Below are positions 1 to 14,686 of a stretch of DNA of 64,000 bases, in pieces (position 1 is the first letter of the stretch; each line of letters opens with the position of its first letter). Both the position numbers and the translations under genes were made by a program. Under the pieces are notes generated by a model. That model ran no database searches. It was not told where the DNA came from and saw nothing but the letters and a program-made list of their open reading frames with translations. The DNA lies in NCBI GenBank assembly GCA_951406725.2, contig OX597820.1, positions 54,188,001 through 54,252,000 of the forward strand, in the 5' to 3' direction. Origin of the DNA: Octopus vulgaris (taxonomy: Eukaryota).

Positions 1-15
1 TTTTTTTTTTAAATA

Positions 16-179
16 TGGACGTAGGCATAGCTGTGCGGTCAGAAGATTGTTTCCCAACTACATGGTTCCGGGTTCTGTCCCTATGTGGGACACCTTAGGC
101 TAGTGTCTTCTATTATAGCTCCAGTTCAACCAAATCATTGTGAATGGAAGACAGAAACTGAAAGAAGCCTATCGATGTA

Positions 180-257
<78 letters not shown>

Positions 258-515
258 ACACACACACCTGCATATATGTATGTATGTATGTGTGTGTGTA
301 TGTAAATATATATATACATACACGTGTGTGTGTGTGTGTGTTCATGCTTGTTTTTGTCCGACACCAACCGGTATCAGTGTGTTTATCATAGCGTTTCGGC
401 AAAAAGAGACCGATAGAATAAGTACTGGAGTCGATTTGTTCGACTAGAACCCTTCAAGGCGGTGCACCAACATGGCTGCTGTCCAATAGCTGAAGCAAAT
501 AAAAGATGAAAGATA
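16..515 (+). mobile_element. SINE family A
   Basis: Diverged copy with internal (AC)n/(TG)n. Confidence 0.85.
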
Positions 516-1340
516 AACACAGGACCGAAGGGAAATTCCTTTCTTTACGAGGGAAGGGCTCTTAAACCATAAGGCATCTTCGTATTTGTCAGTATGGGAT
601 CTCTTAGCTGACTGGAATTGCATATTATTTTACAAATTTCACAGTATTTCACATCGGCAAAACAAGTCATTTCAGGAATAGCAAACATGTTGTTTTATCA
701 ACTCTCCCCTTTATTTGACTACTTTATCCGGTCTAGTTTCATTACATTTTATTGACCTGTTGATCTCCATGGCACCATTTATATTTGTTCTTGTATGTAT
801 CATCCAGAAACCATTCATTCTCTTTATAAGGGTAATGGGTAAAACTATACAGAAACCACAGTATTTTTTCTATGATGGTCTATGTTTTTTCTGATGACTA
901 TTTCAAGATCTATGAGACCGATGAGAACAAGTTATCCTCAGATGACAAATGACCTGCCATAAATACTTGTAAAAGCATTGGCTCCGCCAAAGTACCTTAG
1001 GACCAGGTGGAAAGAAAAATTATATTAATATTATATCATTTCATATTATATTATTTTATATTATATCATACCATATATGATATTATACTATATTATATTA
1101 TAGCATATTGTAGAGGTGCATGACTTAGTGGTTAAGGTGTTGGGCTCATGCTCGTAAGATAGTGGTTTCGATTCCTCAGCTGGTAAAAATGTGTAATCCT
1201 ACGACAGCGGCGTCCAGGAAAGAATATATACACGCCAGAGTAACCGCCCGTACGCTCCTTACGGAGTGATGTGGACTTATTATACTATATTATATTATAT
1301 TATATTATATTATATTATATTATATTAAATTATACTATAA

Positions 1341-1790
1341 AAAGGCGAGCAGGCAGAATCGTTAGTACGCCGGGCGAAATGCTTAACGGCAGACGGAAAA
1401 CCTATTTCTTTATTACCCACAAGGGTAATAAAGAAATAGGTTTTCCGTCTGCCGCTACGTTCTGAGTTCAAATTCTGCCGAGGTCGACTTTGCCTTTCAT
1501 CCTTTCGGGGTCGATAAACTAAGTACCAGTTACGCACTGGGGTCGATGTAATCAACTTAATCCGTTTGTCTGTCGTTGTTTGTCCTCTTTGTGTGTAGCC
1601 CCTTGTGGATAGTAAAGAAATAGGTATTTCGTCTGCTGCTACGTTCTGAGTTCAAATTCCACCAAGTTCAACTTTACCTTTAATCCTTTTGGGGTCGATA
1701 ATTTAAGTACAAGTTAAATACTGGGGTCGATGTAATCGACTACCCGCTCCCCACAAATTCTAGGCTTTTTGCCTATTGCAGAAAAGATTG
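1341..1790 (+). mobile_element. SINE family B, multimeric
   Basis: Repeated Meta-like units. Confidence 0.85.
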
Positions 1791-2126
1791 CGTTATATAT
1801 GGTGCAGGTTGATTGAATGGTTAAGAAGAAGATGGTAACTACGCTATCTCAGATTCATTCTTAATTCGTTGTATCTTGGGCAAGTGTCTATTGGTGTAGC
1901 CACAGACATGTCGATACTTTGAGAGCGGATGGGGGGTGATACTATGTAGAAGCCCGGCGGATCGACGGTAGTTGTAATACAAAAGAACAAAAGATATAGC
2001 TTTGCCATACCCTGTGTGATGCTAATTCTTCTCGGGAATTATGTGAAGAATACACGTATCTTATTGGAAGCTCATCCACTTTCACGTTAATTCACTAAGC
2101 AGATTATTCAGTTTAACGAATAACTA

Positions 2127-2639
2127 CCGTAAATCCTCGAGTATAATCCGCATTTTTTCCCCAAAATTTAAAGGTTAAGATCCCTAGTGCGTACTATATA
2201 CGAGGTTAAAAGTGAAAATTATTTTCTAAGCAATGTCCGAGTCTCTATTTCCTGTCTGGCTATGTTTATTCAGATGCATTTTGTGATGTCGGGTGCGAAA
2301 ATACCTTAAGCTAAGCCTGTAGGCAATGAAGTCATAAAAGGATCATCCATAACTTGCAGTAAGCAACATTTATTAAACGTTATTACAGTTATTTCTTTAT
2401 TTACTGCAAACAAAATACACAAAAAAGGTACACGTTTGCATTATGTTGTATATACAATAACAATAAAGGACGTTACCGTATACATTTTTACAAACCAAGG
2501 ACGTTATATAGACCTCCTTGACTCAAGTTGAAGAAGGGGTGCGTATTATACACTAGGTTTAGGATTTTCAGAGGTACAGCACCCTAAAAAATCCCCTGCG
2601 TATTATACTCAAGGGCGGGCTATACTCGAGGATTTACGG
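2127..2639. mobile_element. Tc1/pogo-type MITE
   Basis: Perfect TIR CCGTAAATCCTCGAGTATA / TATACTCGAGGATTTACGG, with TA on both sides (2125-2126, 2640-2641). Interrupts an older SINE remnant (~1800-2670). Confidence 0.9.
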
Positions 2640-2861
2640 TAAATCCTCATTTTCGAAACTCACAAGGATCATCATCCAAACATATATCATATCATATATA
2701 TATATCATATATTAATCAGCCGAAATTGTGAGGATGATCCGGTTCTTGACTGAAGATTAGAGGCTTCGAATGACCCGTCCGTTTTTTGTATCGTCTATTT
2801 AAATGTTTTGCGTTCTTGTCCCATTTTGTATTTTTATATATATTTTTATACACCCACCCCC

Positions 2862-2914
<53 letters not shown>

Positions 2915-3492
2915 GCGGGGAGAGGGGGAGTTGTGCGTGCGTGTGCGCATAGGAGAACCTGTCCTGTAGTCGCCATCAAAACTAACGCAAACTTACAAAA
3001 AGATGAAGGCCTGATTGAAAGCAGTAAATACAGTAAAAGCAAGAATAAAAATGGAGCCAGCCAGCCAGCCAGCCAGTCAGTCAGTCATACAGACGGCAGG
3101 CACTCAGACACACAGGCAGAAAACAAATCTATGAAAAAAAAATATAGTCTCTATGCGACATTCGTAATTGCATTCCGTGAGGTATTTCAGATGTTTGGAC
3201 AGGTGCGTGTGTAGTGAGACTGGTTTCGATAGACAAAAAGAAGGAATTCCTTCTGGAATCTTCTCTTTTTTCCTTCTGCTTTATTCTTCACCTGTCTTTG
3301 CTTTTCTTTTTGTTTTTTTCGTTGCTGTTGTTGTTTTTGCTTGTTCTTTTGCTGTTGTTTTTGTTTATTTTCTTTATTCTTTGTTAAATACATATTGTTG
3401 CTGAACACGTAGTTCGAATATGATCGCCGATACATACACACACATACATACATACATACATACATACATACGTACATACATACATACATACA

Positions 3493-3523
<31 letters not shown>

Positions 3524-3627
3524 GTGCGTGTGTGTGTATATATACATATACAGACATCATATAATTATATATATCATATATACATATATATATATTTATA
3601 TACAGGCATCATATAAATATATACAGC

Positions 3628-3659
<32 letters not shown>

Positions 3660-4110
3660 GCAAGCACGCAAGAACATAGAGTCGCATGCATATACACAAA
3701 TACATGCCAGCAGATATACATCAGCGATTATACACCACATAGCTATATACAAACACTGGCATCATAATGTATGCATAAATCTGCAAAACATGCACAAAAA
3801 AATAGAAACACATATATCCTGCATACATTCATATATATATATATATATATACAAATATCTATATAATGGTAATGGATACAAATATACATACACATACACA
3901 TACACAGATATGCCGACATGTTCACACAGATCCGCTAAAAAACACGCACATGGACAAGAGCCATAGATCTCAAAATACACAAAACTATACATTATATGAG
4001 TGTGCCTGTGTGTGCCTGTGTATGCCTGTGTGCCTCTGTGTGTGTGTGTGTGTGTGTGTACATATACATATATATATATATATACACACACACAAACACA
4101 CACACATACA

Positions 4111-4178
<68 letters not shown>

Positions 4179-5096
4179 GCACAAGCATACATATATACAG
4201 ACACATACATACACGGTGTTTGTCCTACTTTGAAAGGTACACACAGACTGATGTGTGCAGAATACCTAAGATTACTCACAGATTTAAATATTTTCTCCCA
4301 ATGCAAATATCGTCTCCCGACAGAGGTTTTGTTTTAAACCTTCCCTGAAACTTTAACCTGGCGTAAGTATCTACCAACTAGTTCCTCGGCCTAAGATTGA
4401 CACCATTTCATGGATCTCTTAATCTGGCGCTAAAATCAAATATAATTTAGTATCTCTTTGAGAGACCCGAGTTGTTATTATTTTGTTTTTATTTTGGAGG
4501 GTTTTTTTTTCTTGATTTTTGTTAGAACAAGGTCAACCCTGATCGAGCAGACCGATTATCAAAGACGTTAAATCTGCAACCATCCTATCTTTTATCAAGA
4601 TAAAAGTGTGTACGTAGACACAGCTTCGCAATCGAAGATATTATATTCAATCCAGGTGCTTGGTATCTTGGAGAAACCTTATCCTGAGGTCAACCTAGTG
4701 AATGAAACTGAATGAATCAAAACTGTGTGAAAGCCTGTAGAACAAATTGTACATCTAATTCATAACTCCACACTGATCCTTCATGACGGTTTACAGTAAG
4801 GGTGCATGTGGTTGCACAACATTCACCAATTTTGCACCATGATTAAATAAATTGATCAATTTATCAGACAACTGGAACGCACACCATCGAAGCCGACGGA
4901 AACCCATTTACCTTACATTATTGAATGTCTCCCTTCTTTTTGTAAAGTAGTGCAGTGTTCTTTGAGAGAGATTTAGCTGATATTTCTAACATGTTGAGTG
5001 GCCTGGTACAAACTCCCATACTAGCTCAGGTCTCTACTAGTAAAGTTCTGATATTTTTGCTTACCTCCAAATAGGATATCATGAGATTTTTAAAAA

Positions 5097-5384
5097 GCAC
5101 AGGATATGTACCCGGTATTTGCGGCTTAAACTGGTAATTTGCAATATTTCAGAAGTAAATTTTGCTATTAACCCGAGGTTAAGATTGATGGTTATCATTA
5201 ACAAATAGGAGGCATAAAACGTTTGCTATGACAAAGAACTCTTCATCCAAAACGACAAATTTTTTCTGTTCCTCGCGGCAAGTTGACTGATTCCACATTG
5301 TTAACTTATATACGGATACTGATTTACCGACGAAGTTCAATGCGCGACCCGAGATAAGTTCATAAATTTTCTCGTACATATAGA
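5097..5384 (-). mobile_element. Possible decayed Helitron
   Basis: Minus strand begins A|TCTATATGTA and ends near GCCGCAAATACCGGGTAC. The terminal CTAG is not preserved. Confidence 0.35.
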
Positions 5385-6707
5385 TAGTTTGATATGATAG
5401 TACAAAGCAACATGCGATGACAATTCAATGATAGTTCAGGAAGATAATGAGAAAATATCGAACAGATTTAGCAGTTCCAAAGATCATATTATTAATAATT
5501 GATAATGAATTTATTGAATAAGAATAACAGTCCTACTCTTAACTCTGTCGATTACAGTAATATTCTCGTGAAGCAATAGTGAACTATGGTAATTATTTTA
5601 ATTCCAACAAAAGTACACATATTTAACAAAAGCAGTACACATATTTTTATTTCAGGATTACAACTTCGTTCATGTTTATTCTATTGACTCCAAGAAAACC
5701 GTGCGACACTATCGTAAGATAGACTGTAAAGTTTGTTTAAATATAGTTTTACATAACAGAACACTGAAACAATCAAACACACACATTTTCTCTATAATTA
5801 ACTGTTAACATTATGTAATAGTATCTCTCGTGCTGTGACGAAAAAACAACGTTAACTAAAATATATTCATATTTTCCTAACTTCCGAAACTAAGGGAGTC
5901 AACTCCAGACATGCTTCGATAACATTAGATCTCCTCAGCGAAACACAGATTTCACTGTACTAGACATAGTAATACCGAGAGATTCCCTGAGCAGATGTGC
6001 AATATTGTATGTCAATAGCTATGAAAAATTAACATATTTAAAACAATAATAATAAGCTACTGAGGTTTATCACTATCAATACTACTGATCAGTTACCTTA
6101 TAAAAATAATTAATTAGGTTAATTATTCTACAGAATCATGATCAAAGCAGAGCTCTATAAATAATAGACACGTTTTACAGTGGTTGAATATTAAATCATA
6201 TAGGATAGGTTTTTATCTTCAATGATCGTATAAAGTTTAGCGCGCGGACACATACACACACACATACATATACACACACACACACTCACACGCACATGCA
6301 CACATACACACGAACACACGCACACACAAACATGCACGCGCGCGCACGCACACAAGCAAATAAACACATATACAGGTATGAGCAAGGAGGTAGTTACATC
6401 GTCGTTTCTCAATTGGGTAGAAACAGCAGTTAAATCGCTCTGAAATCACACAAGCACTATCTTTAAAATAAGAAGAGTACGGTAGATAATGCATTCCTAG
6501 ACGCACACATACACACACACACATAAAAACACATGCAAACACTCCACTTTCATCATTGATCTGTTCCATCAGGGTTGGCCTGGGGCTAAAGACTATGGCC
6601 ACCAGGGAACAGTGGATTAATTAGGCAAACATTACGTGGTCGCTAGACTTGCTAGAAGCAGCAGACACATTACACTCAATTTATACCTTAACATCTTGAA
6701 ATGAAAC

Positions 6708-7205
<498 letters not shown>

Positions 7206-7339
7206 CACTAAATAATATAAGCCGAGAACACTATGCCTTAAGACGAGAAGGTCACAGCTGGACTATCTTTAATCATAGACTAGGTCAATCATTATTGACT
7301 TGAGGATAAAGTCAATAAGACTTGAGGCTAAAGACTTGA

Positions 7340-7503
7340 GGACTGTGGCCATGCTGGAGTACCACCTTTAGTCGAACAAATCGATCCCAGGACTTATTCT
7401 TTGGAAGCCTAATACTTATTCTATCGGTCTCTGTTGGCGAACCGCTAAGTTACAGGGACGTAAACATACCAACATCGGTTGTCAAGCGATGGTGGTGGAA
7501 CAA

Positions 7504-7539
<36 letters not shown>

Positions 7540-7686
7540 GCGATGGGCTTCTTTCGGTTTCCGTCTACCAAATCCACTCACAAGGCTTTGGTCGTCCCGA
7601 GGCTATAGTAAAATGTGCCACGCAATGGGACTGAACCTAGAACCATGTGGTTGGGAAGCAAGCTTCTTACCACACAGCCACTCCTG
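7340..7686 (-). mobile_element. SINE family A
   Basis: Reverse-complement match to family A. Confidence 0.85.
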
Positions 7687-7809
7687 GAGGAATGTAGAAG
7701 TATGGTTTAGTATTTATAGTGAACATAATGGCTTCAGTTATCTGTCTACACACACACATACACACACACACACTCACACACTCATACACACACACTCACA
7801 CAATCGTTA

Positions 7810-8335
<526 letters not shown>

Positions 8336-8885
8336 CGCGCGCGTGTATCTGTGTGCGCGTGTGTCTGTAACTATATGTGAACGTATGTATGTGCATGTGT
8401 GTGTACTTATATATGTATGTATAACCCCATGCTGTAGTTAGTTAGTGGTTAGGTTCAGTGAAGAGCCTGTTAATTAATTTAGTGCATGTCAAGAAGGTGA
8501 AATACGCTGTGTAAAAAATGTGATGTACCTCTTATGAGAACAATCACAAAAATTAACTGCAATCTCACGCTGTATTTGTTGCTCTAGTTTTTGTTGGTCT
8601 TCTTCTTCTTCTTCATGATGATGTTAACGTTGTTGCAGCTGCTGATGCTCTTGGCATTTTGTTATTGTTGTTACAGATGTTTTTATTGTTGTAATCGTGC
8701 AAGAACTGTTTGCTCCAGCTGAAAGCTTTTAACAAATTTCGGGGGTAAAAACGTTGATTGTGTGAAAACAATACGATGTTCACAGCTAGACAAATAAATA
8801 CATGTATGTGATTTATATATGTGTGCACGCGTGTGTATTTATGTATAAGTATGTATGCATGAATACATACACACACACACAGACA

Positions 8886-8941
<56 letters not shown>

Positions 8942-8942
<1 letters not shown>

Positions 8943-9102
8943 CTTTTATCTTTTGCTTTAGTCATTTGACTGTGGCTATGGCGGGGCAACGTCTTCAAAG
9001 GTTTTAGTCGAACACAGGACTTATTTTAAGCCGAGTACTAATTTTTTCGGGCTCTTTTGCCAAACCGCTAGATTACTGGAACACAATCACACACACGCAC
9101 AC

Positions 9103-9168
<66 letters not shown>

Positions 9169-9510
9169 ACACACACATACGACATATTTCATTCAGTTTC
9201 CGTCTACCAAATCCACTCACATGGTTTTGGTCGGCCCGAAGTTATAATAGAATATACGTGGCTATGCGGTAAGAAGCTTGGTACATATATATATGTATTA
9301 TATATATATAGGCGTGGTTGTGGTAAGAAGCTTGCTTGCCAACGAAATGATTCCGGGCTCAGTTCCACTGTATAGGTGTCTTCTACTATATAGCCCCGGG
9401 CAGACCAAAGCTGTGTGAGTGGAAGTCCTGAGGTCGATTTGTTCGACAAAAAAACCCTTAAATGCGGTGTTCAATCAGTTATATGACTGAGAAAAAGGAA
9501 AGGATGAGGA
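8942..9510. mobile_element. Two divergent partial SINE A copies (8942-9260 minus, 9310-9510 plus)
   Basis: Family A head and tail motifs on opposite strands. Confidence 0.7.
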
Positions 9511-9793
9511 TAAAACAATCTTGCCCTCAGTAGATTTGAACTCCCAGTGCATTTCTTGGCAGCATAAAATGCTTTCCGTGTGCACATTTATAGAATTATC
9601 TTCAGATGCAATCATACAAAGAATCATACAAACTTAGACGTTATAACATAAGATACAAACACACATATTCGCTCAGGCATTACTGCATTCCTCCATTCAC
9701 AAATATAAACACAAACAAAATTCAATATAGCTATCTGTCTAAAAATAGAACACCTGCATTCTGACATTGGACTAGCTTATCTTATCTGTATAG

Positions 9794-9832
<39 letters not shown>

Positions 9833-9990
9833 CGTACATACACAAAGACTGACAAGCAGGCAGACAAAGAAGAAAGTTAATCAAAAGATTACAGATTGAA
9901 ACCATCACCGGAACTGTAAAAGTTTGTAAAACTTTGCAGAAGCTTAGTGGTTAAGACGGTATGTGCATGTCTAGACATGCATGCAACTAT

Positions 9991-10378
9991 AAGGTGGTGA
10001 GCTGGCAGAAACGTTAGCACGCCGGGCGAAATGCGTAACCGTATTTCGTCTGCCGTTACGTTCTGAGTTCAAATTCCGCAGAGGTCGACTTTGCCTTTCA
10101 TCCTTTCGGGGTCGATAAATTAAGGACCAGTTACGCACTGGGGGTCGATGTAATCGATTTAATCCGTTTGTCTGTCCTTGTTTGTCTCCTCCAAGCTGTA
10201 TCAACACTTGCTTTTCTTTTGGATAACACGGGTGACGTGGAGAGGGAAAACTGGTGTGCATGGGCGATTGCTGCTCTTCCATAAAAACAACCTTGCCCGG
10301 ACTTGTACCTCGTAGGGTAAGTTTCTAGGTGCAATCCTATGGTTATTCATGACCGAAGCGAGTCTTTACCCTTTACAT
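9991..10378 (+). mobile_element. SINE family B head joined to family C-type tail
   Basis: 9991-10190 is family B; 10191-10378 matches 45735-45905. Confidence 0.8.
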
Positions 10379-10514
10379 CACAACTACTCTGTTGATGTCG
10401 TTGAAGTACCAATGAAAGAGCATTGGATATAGGTTGGAAACTGGCTCTTATTCCATTGGTAAGAAATCCAAAAATAAAACTAAGTAATTACACTCTTACG
10501 TACATACATAAATG

Positions 10515-10930
10515 TAACTATTAATCACCATAGCGTTATATTATTCACTTCACTTACTATATTGAGCGTCTGAACATAAAACGAGAACAAGGATGCAGAG
10601 GTTTAGCATTGATTCAGACTCTCAATGCCACATCATCCCCTTTCAACAATATCTACCAACCCACCAAGTGTTAAAGAGCATCCATTAATCAAATTTTCAT
10701 ACAGAGGCAATAGCGTCATGAAAGCTGGAAAAAAGATCCTCGGAGAGTCTTTCTTGACTGATAATCTAAGATGCACCCAGGGAAGTTGCGCTGCTCACCG
10801 CAACGAAACAGCACATGAGAGATATTTTGCTTGTTATAAGGTCATGCTTGGCTTTGTTGTTCGAAAATTTCTCAGAGCTAGTAACATAAGTAACCAGAGT
10901 AATCTATCTTGAACCGACAATTTGAAGGTT
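10515..10930 (+). mobile_element. Decayed RLE-clade (R4/Dong-like) non-LTR fragment, post-RT region
   Basis: Frameshifted YIERLNIKREQGCRGLALI (cf. DRLYxPRxxGGRGL), followed by ...KVMLGFVVRKFLRASNISNQSNLS (cf. K.LHG region). Confidence 0.5.
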
Positions 10931-11140
10931 TTTTTATCTTTTCATTTATTTATTTATATATTTATTTAATCTTGGAACTGGAAATGAAAAATGAGTGATG
11001 CAAAAAAAGGAAAGGAATAGTCTGGATGTTAAGAAATAATGATCTGACGACCGATACAGATTCTATGGATTTAGAAAGGATGATGTCCCCCCTTCATAAG
11101 CAGCTGTCTGAAAATGACTCCACTGTACTATACGTAAATG

Positions 11141-11172
<32 letters not shown>

Positions 11173-11321
11173 TGTATGTATGTATGTATGTATGTATGTA
11201 TGTATGTATGTATGTATGTATGTATGTATGTATACATACATATATACATACATACATACATACATATATATATATATACATACATACATATATACATATA
11301 TATATATATACATATATATAT

Positions 11322-11512
11322 AGGAAGAATTTACAAAAAAAAAAAACAAAAGACGAAGACAGATGGAGTAGACAACGAACAGATGTATTAGTTTAACGCT
11401 CGGGAAGTGAAAAAGTCTTAAACGTTTCGAGCCTACGTTCTTCCACAGAAAGGAACACAGAAAGAAACAAGGAGAGAAAATAAAGAATGTGTAGTGCCTA
11501 GCGATTTATCAT
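11322..11512 (-). mobile_element. Short element in (TA)n with degenerate hammerhead-like motif (~11414-11453)
   Basis: Minus strand reads CCUUU CUGUGGA AGAAC guag GCUC GAAAC GUU UAAGA. The core A6 is replaced by U and the stems are imperfect. Flanked by TA repeats. Confidence 0.45.
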
Positions 11513-11543
11513 TATATATACATATATATGTATATATATATAT

Positions 11544-11728
11544 ACCGAGAGTGTTATCCAAGTGATCAGAAAAGGCCACTGGGGAGGCCTCCACGGGGAT
11601 GGGAAGACGATTTAGTAAAACGATTTGGGCCAAGACGGAAAGGAATGACACAATGAAGAAGACCTTGAAAGTTTATCGTGACCAGCAACGTATAGCATTC
11701 TCCAATAGTCTGTTCAATAGAGGTAATG
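11544..11728 (+). mobile_element. RTE-clade LINE 3' fragment
   Basis: Reads ECYPSDQKRPLGRPPRGWEDDLVKRFG, matching the RTE C-terminal W.P...KRPRGRP..RW.D motif. Ends at a (CA)n tract. Confidence 0.7.
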
Positions 11729-12473
11729 CACACACACAACACATACACTCACACACACACATGTATATTGTATATGTTGAGTGCACGACTTCTCCTGTTA
11801 TGTTTAGGACACTCCACCGATTATCATAGACAAGTATAGTGATTATGTAACTACTATACTAAGGAAGTATAGTAGTTGTATAAATACAGAGCAAATATTG
11901 CAGAAATTACAATAAACACAAGTTATTATTATTAGTTCCTACGTACGTTTCACCGTTATGGTTGCTTGGAACCCTGTATCGGATATTTCAAATGCATTTG
12001 GATGCTTAACCAGAACAGATCATAAAGGGAAAACATTTTTGCGTTAAATTACAGAAAACTAATCTCAAGACTTCTTTGTCTTTTCTATTCTTTTTTTTTT
12101 TTGGCTCCTTTTTTCTTTCTATTTCCAATCTTTCTTTCTATGTCTTTCTTTCACTCTCCCACCCATCTTGTTTCTTAGTTCAGTTTTTTCCTTTCCTCAA
12201 CCAATGGTTTCCCTTGTATTTCCCTATGAAAATAGTCATAGAATACCTCACCATCTACCGAACACCTGACTTTAGTTCTCTGGAATTTAATGCAATAAAA
12301 TATTCCTTGCTGATTTGTTCTGGTTAAGCATCGCAATGCAGTTTAAACATCCGATGCCGGGTTCCAAGCAGCCATATTGGCTAAACGTACTTAGGAACTA
12401 ATGAAATAAGCTTGTACATATCGCAATTTTTCATTCACACACACACACATACACACACACACACACACGCATA

Positions 12474-12530
<57 letters not shown>

Positions 12531-12562
12531 TGGCTCAGGGTTCTATCTATAACAGTTTCTAT

Positions 12563-12737
12563 AAGCGCAGAAGTGGCTGTGTGGTAAGTAGCTTGCGTAC
12601 CAACCACATGGTTCCGGGTTCAGTCCCACTGCATGGCACCTTGGGCAAGTGTCTTCTATAGCCTCGGGCCGACCAAAGCCTAGTGAATGGATTTGGTAGA
12701 CGGAAACTGAAAGAAGCACGTCGTATATATGTATGTT

Positions 12738-12791
<54 letters not shown>

Positions 12792-13015
12792 TGTATGTAT
12801 GTATGTGTATATTTGTGTGTTTGTGTATGTTCCCCCAACATCGCTTGACAACCGATGCTGGTGTGTTTACGTCAGCGTAACTTAGCGGTTCGGCAAAAGA
12901 ACACCGATAGAATAAGTACTAGGCTTACAAAGAATTAGTCCTGTGATCGATTTGCTCGACTAAAGGCGATGCTCCAGCATTGCCACAGTCAAATGGCTTA
13001 AACAATTAAAAGAGT
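12563..13015 (+). mobile_element. SINE family A
   Basis: Full-length copy with (TA)n(TATG)n core. Confidence 0.9.
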
Positions 13016-13524
13016 AATAAACATTCACAAATTAGTGTAGTTCATTCAGCGGTGGTGCCCCAGCATGGTCGCGGCCTTCGGGCTAAAACATTTTTAAGGA
13101 TTTTAAGGATTTGTATTTTCCGACGTATATACAGCAGAGAATGATGATGATGGTGACGATGACGACGATGAAGGTGGTGGTGGTGGTGGTGGTTGTAGTG
13201 GTGGCGCTGGTGCTGATTCTGGTGGTGATGATGATAATAGTGACGATGGCTGTGACGACGACAGCGTCAGTGATGACAATGAGGGTTAACAACATATAAG
13301 AGTACATCCTTGTTCCACACGTGCTGTTAGTATCCCACCAATAGTATCCGTCGTTTGACCTAAGCTGTATTCCTCTCCCTCCATCCCGTATCCCTCCGAC
13401 CTGTTGCCGAATATCGTTTACTTTTTTTTTCCCTCTGTTGTTTTCTAATGTACTGACTGTTACAAGGCACTTGACTCGGCACATGTGCGAGAGTGTGTGT
13501 GTGTATGTGTGCATGCATGTATGC

Positions 13525-13592
<68 letters not shown>

Positions 13593-14167
13593 TACATGTT
13601 TGTGTATAACCAACAACGACCTCAACAACAATAAAACTTAATCTCTCTGGGCCAGCTTTAAACGCAGTAAAAGCAACTATCAGAGAACATTCATTTAATA
13701 TGAACTGTAAACAAAGAAAAACAATGCTTAATTAGGGTGTTAATAGTGGTGATGGTGGTGGCAGTAGTGGTGGTGGTGGTGGGTAGGTGTCCTTGAGGTT
13801 ACAATCGTCAACACTCAGGCTGCATCTATTTAAACTTCTCCCATTACACTGAAGCTCGTGGCAGGTTTCTGGTGATAACCTCACACAGCGAAAATAACAC
13901 TTGTTATTTCTTATTATAATCTTTACACTAAACCCACCTTAATTCGCGTCAGCTCAACTTGACTCGCCTTCTGTCTTTTTTCCCCTGGTTTTCCCAGACC
14001 AGTGGTTCTCAACCGGGTTCCATGTGGTCCCTGAGGGTCCGTATAAGATATTTGGGGTTTCCATGCAACAAAATAGTAAATTGAGAATCCACAACAGTAT
14101 TTTAAAGGCTCCTGAAAAAATTTGCTTTATTAGATGTATGTATTGGTATGTATTGCAAGAAACACCG

Positions 14168-14660
14168 CTTTTGCTCGTTGCAGTCATTTGACTGCGGCCA
14201 TGCTGGAGCACCGCCTTTAGTCGAACAAATCGACCTAAGGACTAATTCTTTGTAAGCGTAGTACTTATTCTATCGGTCCGTTTTGCCGAACCGCTAACTT
14301 ACAGGGACATAAACACACCAACATCGGTTGTCAAGTGATGGTGGGGGAACAAACACAGACTCAAATACACACACACAAACAGACATACATACATATATAC
14401 AAAAACATACATATATTATATATATTTGACAAAATGAGATAACAAAGCCAAGGGTGTGAGGAGTTTCCAGGACATTTATAAGGAAATAGTCTTACAGGCT
14501 GTTTCTGGGATATTATGGATATCTCTTCTTCAGAGACGGTGTGAGATGGTTTATGGGCTTCTTTCAGTTTCCGTCTATCAATTCTACTCACAAGGCTTTG
14601 GTCGGCTTGAGGTTATAGAAGACACTTGCCCAAGGTGACACGCAGTTGGACTGAACCTGA
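14168..14660 (-). mobile_element. SINE family A inside hAT MITE
   Basis: Reverse-complement match; its microsatellite core hosts the hammerhead insert. Confidence 0.85.
14489..14537 (-). ncRNA. Type I hammerhead ribozyme motif in a ~125-bp insert (~14425-14550)
   Basis: Minus strand reads GUCU CUGAAGA AGAGAUAU ccaua AUAUCCCA GAAAC AGCCU GUA AGAC. Stem II has two mismatches. Confidence 0.7.
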
Positions 14661-14686
14661 GGTTTCTTTCTCTAATGTTTTACTTA

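Noticed and set aside
2713-2850. TA-flanked insert with CAGCCGAAA and CTGAAGA
   Set aside because: The motifs are not arranged into a paired hammerhead. It is probably a repeat fragment but could not be classified.
4280-4430. Minus-strand exon-like segment with GTGAGT donor
   Set aside because: All frames from the better acceptor contain stops, and no recognisable protein results.
11026-11132. MLRNNDLTT...STVLY as MYRF exon 1
   Set aside because: The splice phase is wrong, there is no MYRF similarity, and it lies next to LINE debris.
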